Shown: positions 57,480 to 64,000 of the stretch, piece after piece
Layout: every line of letters starts with the position of its first letter
Numbering within the stretch: position 1 is the first letter of the stretch
Assembly: GCA_977020255.1 (NCBI GenBank)
Contig: CDROCS010000506.1
Location: 3,224,001 to 3,288,000, forward strand
Origin: Obrimoposthia wandeli
Taxonomy: Eukaryota
Length of the DNA stretch: 64,000 bases
Direction of reading: 5' to 3'
The notes under the pieces: generated by a model
Told to the model about the DNA's origin: nothing
Seen by the model: only the letters and a program-made list of their open reading frames with translations
Databases searched by the model: none
Translations under genes and position numbers: made by a program

Positions 57480-59354
57480 TTAAATATCAAAGTCTATTGG
57501 TTTTTGCGGTTTATCTTTATTTTTCATTACTTCGGCTAAACTATCTTCAAGCTGTAGATACAGGTCACGATAAGCGGTATTAAATTTATCGTCTTCACTA
57601 TTATTGAGCCAAGTTTGATACAAGGTTTCTTTACTGTGTTTTTCAATCTCTTTGAAAGTAAGTTTAACGTCTTTTGCTTGTTCTTCATTAAAGCCTAGGT
57701 TCGTCAGCGCGTGTGAACCGAGTATTAAGGCTGAATGATAAGTTTCACTCACCACATGATCCGCCCCTGCGTGACGTAGTGAATAACCATGGCCACGGTC
57801 ATAAGCACGCGCGAGTACTTTAACTTGTGGGTAATGCTGTTTGATATAACGCACGAGATCAACCGCTCTAGCTTTATCGTCAATGGCAACGATAAATAAG
57901 CTGGCGTTAGCGATGCCCGCGGTTTCAAGCAAGCTTGGTTGGGTTGCATCACCAAAGTAACTTGTCATTTTAAATGAGCGCACTCGTTCGATCATATTCA
58001 CATCATGATCCAGTACCACTGTTTTCACGCCATTAGCAACTAATAGACGGTTAACAATCTGGCCGAAACGACCAATACCTGCAACGATAACATCGCCATG
58101 TTCTTCGATATCGTCATTTTCTTGTTGATTGGTCTTATCCATGTAGCGCGGTAAAATCACACGATCATAAAAGATAAATAATGCTGGTGTTAAGAACATC
58201 GACAGCGCAACTGAAAGGGACAAGGTTTGCGCAAGGTCAACAGGTAACACATGGTTGTTCACGGTAAAGCCAAGTAGTACAAAACCAAACTCACCTGCCT
58301 GGGCTAAACTCAGCGCCAATAGCCAGCGGTCACTGCCTTTAATTTTAAATACTACCGTTAGAATAAATAATACCGTGGCTTTTATTAGCATCAATCCTAA
58401 CGTGATTGAAACAATCGTGGCGGTGTCGTTAAACAGGATCGCGAAATCGATACCAGCGCCTACGGTCATAAAGAACAAGCCTAATAGCAAGCCTTTGAAA
58501 GGTTCAATAGTAGCTTCAAGCTGATGTCTAAACTCACTAGTCGCTAAGACGACACCTGCTAAGAAAGCGCCAAGGGCAGGGGATAGACCGACTAAATTCA
58601 TGATAGCGGCGATACCGATGACCAGCATCAATGAGGTGGCAGTAAAGATCTCGTTAACTTTAGAGCTGGCGACAAATTTAAACAGCGGACGACTTAGGTA
58701 ATGACCGCCAACAATCACGCCTGTGATCGCCACTACAATGACTAAGGCATAATAAATACCTGAGATATTCGCGACAAGAGATAACTCTTCATGTTGTGCA
58801 CTGGCAGCTTGCACGGCATTTTGCGCCTGCTCAACCAATTCAGGAATAGCTAATAATGGAATTAACGCTAACATCGGGATCACGGCTATATCTTGAAACA
58901 ATAATACGGAGAATGCAGAGCGTGCGCCTTCGGTTTTGGTCAGGCCTTTTTCGTTAAAGGTTTGTAATACGATCGCGGTTGATGACAATGAAAATACCAA
59001 GCCAATGGTCAGGGCAAGTCCCCAATCTAAACCAAGTGCGAGGGCAACGCCCATCACGGCGGCAATCGTTAAACCAACTTGTAAACCACCTAAGCCAATA
59101 AGACGGTGACGCATATCCCACAGCATACGCGGCTCAAGTTCGAGTCCGACTAAAAATAACATCATCACCACACCGAATTCGGCAAAGTGCTGAATTGTGG
59201 CGGTTTCACTGCCCACTAAGCCAATAACCGGTCCGATAATAACGCCGGCAATCAAATAACCGAGTACAGAGCCGAGGCCCAAGCGTTTAGCGATGGGTAC
59301 AGTGATAACGGCGGCAAACAGATAGATGAATGCTTGAATGAAATAACCTGTCAT
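57480..59354 (-). CDS. CPA2-family K+ efflux antiporter with C-terminal TrkA-N (KefB/KefC-like)
   Basis: LGLGSVLGYLIAG, FAEFGVV, LFQDIAVIP, GEFGFV; KTN domain AGIGRFGQ, FGDAT. Confidence 0.92.
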   Translation of the reverse strand: MTGYFIQAFIYLFAAVITVPIAKRLGLGSVLGYLIAGVIIGPVIGLVGSETATIQHFAEFGVVMMLFLVGLELEPRMLWDMRHRLIGLGGLQVGLTIAAVMGVALALGLDWGLALTIGLVFSLSSTAIVLQTFNEKGLTKTEGARSAFSVLLFQDIAVIPMLALIPLLAIPELVEQAQNAVQAASAQHEELSLVANISGIYYALVIVVAITGVIVGGHYLSRPLFKFVASSKVNEIFTATSLMLVIGIAAIMNLVGLSPALGAFLAGVVLATSEFRHQLEATIEPFKGLLLGLFFMTVGAGIDFAILFNDTATIVSITLGLMLIKATVLFILTVVFKIKGSDRWLLALSLAQAGEFGFVLLGFTVNNHVLPVDLAQTLSLSVALSMFLTPALFIFYDRVILPRYMDKTNQQENDDIEEHGDVIVAGIGRFGQIVNRLLVANGVKTVVLDHDVNMIERVRSFKMTSYFGDATQPSLLETAGIANASLFIVAIDDKARAVDLVRYIKQHYPQVKVLARAYDRGHGYSLRHAGADHVVSETYHSALILGSHALTNLGFNEEQAKDVKLTFKEIEKHSKETLYQTWLNNSEDDKFNTAYRDLYLQLEDSLAEVMKNKDKPQKPIDFDI

Positions 59355-59411
59355 GGTGCGTCCTTGTTCCTTAGGGGAGCTGAAAAGTAATCGATAGTCG
59401 TTAAGTTAACG

Positions 59412-59447
59412 CTTAGATTCAAACTTAGATTCAAACTTAGATTCAAA
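59412..59447. repeat. (CTTAGATTCAAA)3 perfect 12-bp repeat
   Basis: Three exact copies between the trp terminator and the Kef-like gene. Confidence 0.95.
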
Positions 59448-59451
59448 TAAT

Positions 59452-59521
59452 AAAAAGCCCTTAGCGCTAACTTATCTAACTATCGTCTTGTGATAGTCAT
59501 AATAATAGGCATTAAGGGCTT
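59452..59521 (-). terminator. Composite hairpin terminator after trpA
   Basis: Outer stem aagccctta...taagggctt with an inner actatc/gatagt hairpin and a T-tract on the minus strand. Confidence 0.65.
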
Positions 59522-59587
59522 AATTGGTAAAGCTTTATATGTCGTTAATGGCCAAGCGTTTTAATATAACTTGGCTATTAATTTCGC

Positions 59588-60394
59588 TTACGCGCGTGTT
59601 GCCGCTTTCATTGGCGTCACAAACTCAGCTAATTCTTGCAGCATTTGTGGATTATCACCTAGATTTTTCTCAATGATATTTACAATTGCTGAACCTGAAA
59701 TGGCACCTGCAGCACCTGCTTCAATGGCTTTTTTAACTTGTTCAGGTGATGAAATACCAAAACCAAGTAGACAAGGCGCGGCATTAAATGATTTCAGTTT
59801 TGCCAATAATGGGCCCACTGGCATCTCTGCTTTAGTTTCTGCACCTGTTACACCAGCGCGGCTTAGCAGGTAGGTATAACCAGAACCTTGCTCTGCAACT
59901 TGCTTCAATGTTTCATCGTTGGCATTTGGCGGAGCGATGTAGATACTCTCGATACCGACTTTATCGCCCGCTTCTTTAAACTGCTGACCGTATTGTACTG
60001 GCACGTCAGCAATCAATAATGAATCAACACCAGCAGCGGCCGCTTTAGCCATGAAGTTTGCAGTGCCATTACCGTATACTAGGTTGGCATACAGCAATAG
60101 ACCAATTGGCATTTGCGGGTATTTAGCACGGATCTCAGTCAGCATTTCAAAACAGATATCTGGGTTGATACCGGCGTTTAGTGCACGAGATGTGGCTTTT
60201 TGAATTGTTGGACCATCAGCAACTGGATCTGAGAAGGGTATTCCCAGTTCTAGCGCGTCAGCACCGGCGGCAACTAATGTTTCGATGATCGCCATTGATT
60301 GTTCGCGGTTTGGATCGCCAATCGTTACAAATGGTACGAAAGCACCTTCATTTTTTTCTGCTAGTGCAGCAAAAGCTTGTTGATAACGTCCCAT
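59588..60394 (-). CDS. trpA: Tryptophan synthase alpha chain
   Basis: [33 protein letters not shown]. Confidence 0.98.
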   Translation of the reverse strand: MGRYQQAFAALAEKNEGAFVPFVTIGDPNREQSMAIIETLVAAGADALELGIPFSDPVADGPTIQKATSRALNAGINPDICFEMLTEIRAKYPQMPIGLLLYANLVYGNGTANFMAKAAAAGVDSLLIADVPVQYGQQFKEAGDKVGIESIYIAPPNANDETLKQVAEQGSGYTYLLSRAGVTGAETKAEMPVGPLLAKLKSFNAAPCLLGFGISSPEQVKKAIEAGAAGAISGSAIVNIIEKNLGDNPQMLQELAEFVTPMKAATRA

Positions 60395-61584
60395 TATAGC
60401 GCTCCTTTACCTTCAAGAATATCTGCAACAGTGAAGATATCTTTATCACCACGTCCAGATAAATTAACCACTAAGATTTGTTCTTTATCCATGTCTTTTT
60501 CCATCATTTGCAGTGCGAATGCTAATGCATGAGATGATTCAAGTGCAGGGATAATACCTTCTTGCGATGATAATAACTGGAATGACGCCAGTGCTTCTTC
60601 ATCGGTTACAGATGGGTATTCAGCACGACCTGATGTGTATAAATGTGCGTGCTGTGGACCAACAGATGGGAAATCTAAACCAGCTGATACAGAATAAGAC
60701 TCTTGGATCTGACCATAAGTGTCTTGCATCAATAGTGAGTGCATACCAAAGAAGATACCGTTAGTACCTTCGGCAATTGGCGCACCGTGTTCACCAGAGG
60801 AAATGCCTTTACCTGCAGGTTCTACACCGTACAGTTTCACGCCTTCTTCTTCGATGAAGTCGTTGAACATACCAATCGCGTTCGAACCACCACCAACACA
60901 GGCAATAACGGCATCGGGTAGACGACCTTCTGCTTTTAAGATCTGTTGTTTGGCTTCTTCGCCGATCATTTTTTGGAATTCACGCACAATCGTTGGGAAT
61001 GGGTGAGGACCTGCCGCAGTACCCAGTAGGTAATGGGCATTTTCATAGTTTGCAGACCAGTCACGTAATGCTTCATTACACGCATCTTTCAACGTGCCAG
61101 CGCCAGAATCAACGCCAATTACTTCTGCGCCCATTAGCTTCATGCGGAATACGTTAGGCTTTTGGCGTTCCATGTCTTTTACACCCATATAGATGCGACA
61201 TTTTAGGCCTAATAAAGCACAGGCAAGCGCCGATGCTGTACCGTGTTGACCTGCGCCTGTTTCTGCGATGATCTCGGTTTTACCCATGCGTTTAGCCAGT
61301 AGTGCTTGACCCAATACTTGGTTAGTCTTGTGCGCGCCACCGTGCAGTAGATCTTCACGCTTTAGGTAGATCTTAGTTTTTGAACCTTTAGTAATGTTAC
61401 GGCATAGCGTCAATGGTGTTGGACGACCTGCGTATTCATTCAATAGCGTTTGAAATTCTTTTTCAAATTCAGGATCGTTTTGTGAGTCAATAAATGCATC
61501 TTCTAATTCATCTAATGCAGGTATTAAGATTTGCGATACGTATTGGCCGCCGAATTCGCCAAAAAAGGCATTAAGTTTTGCCAT
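60394..61584 (-). CDS. trpB: Tryptophan synthase beta chain
   Basis: [15 protein letters not shown] (PLP lysine), [17 protein letters not shown]. Confidence 0.98.
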   Translation of the reverse strand: MAKLNAFFGEFGGQYVSQILIPALDELEDAFIDSQNDPEFEKEFQTLLNEYAGRPTPLTLCRNITKGSKTKIYLKREDLLHGGAHKTNQVLGQALLAKRMGKTEIIAETGAGQHGTASALACALLGLKCRIYMGVKDMERQKPNVFRMKLMGAEVIGVDSGAGTLKDACNEALRDWSANYENAHYLLGTAAGPHPFPTIVREFQKMIGEEAKQQILKAEGRLPDAVIACVGGGSNAIGMFNDFIEEEGVKLYGVEPAGKGISSGEHGAPIAEGTNGIFFGMHSLLMQDTYGQIQESYSVSAGLDFPSVGPQHAHLYTSGRAEYPSVTDEEALASFQLLSSQEGIIPALESSHALAFALQMMEKDMDKEQILVVNLSGRGDKDIFTVADILEGKGAL

Positions 61585-61595
61585 GATAAGTTCCT

Positions 61596-63008
61596 TTAAT
61601 AATGTCTAAGCGCGCTAAATGCCGCAATAATTTTGTTTGTATCTTTAATACCGGGTGCTGATTCTAATCCTGAGTTTAGATCCAGTCCTAAGCAACCGAG
61701 TTTTGCTGCGTCTGCTACGTTGTCAGGGGTTAAGCCACCTGCCAGCATGGTTTTACTGCAATCTTCAGGTGTTAGCAGTGACCAATCAAATGCTTGTCCT
61801 GTGCCGCCTGATTGTCCTGCTACCTTTGTATCGACTAAATGACGATCCACGTTGTTTTTACTTAATTGTTTATTTAATTCTTTCTTTAACGCTTCTGCTT
61901 GTTCGCTAACACCGTGTGCTTGCCAAATTTGAATATTATCGTCGAGTAAGACGCGTAACATGGCAATATAACTGTCGTCTTCGTTGCCGTGTAACTGTAC
62001 TGCGGCCAAGCCTAAATGGTTTGCTACTTGTGCAACAAGCGTTACTTGTTCGTCTACAAACACACCCACATAAGCCAATGGTGCTGCGGCCATCACGTCT
62101 TGCGCTGTTGCTAAGTTTACGCAACGTGGCGATTTTTTTGCAAAGATAAGGCCGCCATAAATAGCACCTTGTTCATAGACTGTTTTTGCATCTTCTGGGC
62201 GTGTTAGACCACAGACTTTATTGTCGCCTAAAATCAAACGACGACAAGCTAAATCAACATTGTCTTGTGACATTAATGAACTGCCGACAAGGAAACCGTT
62301 GGCGTAGTTCGCTAAATCGCGGACTTGTTGGTTACTATAAATGCCCGATTCTGAAATGATGATACGATCAGCTGGAATTTGCGGGGCAATAACCTTAGTA
62401 CGGTTTAAGTCAATTGACAGATCACGTAGGTCGCGGTTATTAATACCAATTACTTTTGCATCTAAGGCGATTGCACGTACTAATTCTTCTTCGTTACTGA
62501 CTTCAGTAAGCACGCCCATATTAAGGTCGTGAGCTACTTTCGCTAAGGCAATATATTCAGCATCATCTAATACTGACAACATCAATAGTGTTGCATCTGC
62601 TTGATGTAAACGCGCTAAATAGATCTGATATTCATCAATGATGAAGTCTTTACAGATCACAGGCTGTGTCACTATGCTACGTACTTTAGTCACGTACTCA
62701 AAGTCGCCTTGGAAATATTTCTCATCTGTTAGTACAGATACTGCTGCGGCATAATTTTTGTAAACACCAGCGATCAAATCTAAATCGAATTCTGGGCGAA
62801 TTAAGCCTTTTGATGGCGATGCTTTTTTGCATTCCAAAATAAACTTGGTTGGCTTACCAGATAACGCGGCATAAAAGTCACGATCTGTTGGTTCTAGTTC
62901 AGCAATAAAACTCGCTAATGGTTGGCTGGCTTTACGCGCAGCAACCCAAATCACTTTATCGTCAACAATATTACCGAGAATGGTTTGCTGTAACTCTTTC
63001 GTTAACAT
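61596..63008 (-). CDS. trpCF: Bifunctional indole-3-glycerol phosphate synthase / phosphoribosylanthranilate isomerase
   Basis: [17 protein letters not shown]; TrpF part [24 protein letters not shown]. Confidence 0.97.
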   Translation of the reverse strand: MLTKELQQTILGNIVDDKVIWVAARKASQPLASFIAELEPTDRDFYAALSGKPTKFILECKKASPSKGLIRPEFDLDLIAGVYKNYAAAVSVLTDEKYFQGDFEYVTKVRSIVTQPVICKDFIIDEYQIYLARLHQADATLLMLSVLDDAEYIALAKVAHDLNMGVLTEVSNEEELVRAIALDAKVIGINNRDLRDLSIDLNRTKVIAPQIPADRIIISESGIYSNQQVRDLANYANGFLVGSSLMSQDNVDLACRRLILGDNKVCGLTRPEDAKTVYEQGAIYGGLIFAKKSPRCVNLATAQDVMAAAPLAYVGVFVDEQVTLVAQVANHLGLAAVQLHGNEDDSYIAMLRVLLDDNIQIWQAHGVSEQAEALKKELNKQLSKNNVDRHLVDTKVAGQSGGTGQAFDWSLLTPEDCSKTMLAGGLTPDNVADAAKLGCLGLDLNSGLESAPGIKDTNKIIAAFSALRHY

Positions 63009-63049
63009 TTATGCTTCCTTCTTGTTAGGTACGGTTATTAACGGTATGA

Positions 63050-64000
63050 CTAAGCTTGCTGACTCTTTGCTGCTAGCTGGTTAATCAAGGCTAATGCGCT
63101 GCCATTATCAATTGCAGCCATCGCTAATTCAGTGCCGTGTTTAAAGTCTGTCGCTATCTCAGCAACCACTAATAAGGCTGATACGTTGATTGCCACAGCG
63201 GATTTTTGTGCATAAGTACCGTGACCTGATAATAGGCGTTCGATAATGACTTTATTTTCTGCAGCATCACCACCACGCAGTTCTGCTACGTCATAACGTG
63301 CAACGCCAAAGTCTTCAGGAGTAATGCTGTATTCGGTGATCATGCCGTTATTTAACTCGGCTACTTTAGTTTCACCGTGCAAGGCTACTTCATCTAAGCC
63401 ACTGCCGTGGACGACTAATGCGCGTTGCACACCGAGTTTATCCATGGTTTCAGCGATAGGTAGAATTAAACTTTCGTCATACACACCCATTAATTGTACT
63501 TGTGGGCGCGTTGGGTTTAACAATGGGCCAAGTAGGTTAAAGATGGTGCGGGTTTTTAGCGCTTGACGTACTGGCATCGCATGGCGAATACCGGCGTGGT
63601 ATTGCGGTGCGAATAAAAAGCAAATACCTAATTCATCAAGGCAGGCTTTTGCTTGTTCTGGTGTTTGCGTTAGATTAATACCGAACGCTTCTAATAAGTC
63701 TGAAGAACCTGATTTACTCGATACGCTACGATTACCATGCTTAGTCATTTTTAACCCGCAAGCAGCAGCGACAAACGCCGCTGTTGTCGAGATATTAATG
63801 GTGTTCATGTTGTCGCCACCAGTACCACAGCAATCGGCATGTATTTCATCAACTGCTGGGAATGGCGTTGCTGCTGCTAATAAGGCTTGTGCTGCACCCG
63901 CGATCTCGTCGGGTTGTTCACCACGTATTTTTAATGCTGTTAACACAGATGAAAGTACGATTGGATCCATTTCACCTTGCACGACCGCGGTAAATACCGT
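63050..64000 (-). CDS. trpD: Anthranilate phosphoribosyltransferase; N-terminus beyond the window
   Basis: DCCGTGGD, KHGNRSVSSKSGSSD, RTIFNLLGPL, HGSGLDE. Confidence 0.96.
   Translation of the reverse strand, partial: TVFTAVVQGEMDPIVLSSVLTALKIRGEQPDEIAGAAQALLAAATPFPAVDEIHADCCGTGGDNMNTINISTTAAFVAAACGLKMTKHGNRSVSSKSGSSDLLEAFGINLTQTPEQAKACLDELGICFLFAPQYHAGIRHAMPVRQALKTRTIFNLLGPLLNPTRPQVQLMGVYDESLILPIAETMDKLGVQRALVVHGSGLDEVALHGETKVAELNNGMITEYSITPEDFGVARYDVAELRGGDAAENKVIIERLLSGHGTYAQKSAVAINVSALLVVAEIATDFKHGTELAMAAIDNGSALALINQLAAKSQQA

Overview
Chromosomal window of an AT-rich marine gammaproteobacterium (gene order and protein style suggest Moritella or a close relative; this is inference). From left to right: (1) a DNA-repair group (phrB, DUF523/DUF1722, ogt); (2) an accessory block (YkgJ-like, SDR, FadL, LysR, quinone oxidoreductase-like, SnoaL-like, a lipoprotein and a HExxH membrane protein) ending at tRNA-Ser(GGA); (3) TraF-like barrel, crotonase, Pat acetyltransferase, LysR, LysE, M16 peptidase; (4) the conserved sixA-smrB-prmB-aroC core; (5) a complete DMSP-catabolic cluster with dddD divergent from dddT-dddB-dddC-dddR, matching the Marinomonas MWYL1 arrangement; (6) an ebgRAC beta-galactosidase operon with two tandem APC permeases, galETKM, an orphan dCache hybrid kinase, galR and a ygjH-like tRNA-binding gene behind a GalR-type operator; (7) HAAAP and NSS transporters, a porin bracketed by identical 30-bp hairpins, ybaK, a Kef-like antiporter and trpD-trpCF-trpB-trpA. 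No integrase, IS, prophage or CRISPR array is seen. Recurrent short tandem repeats echo gene 3' ends, including the stop codons. All family calls come from motif recognition; no database searches were run.
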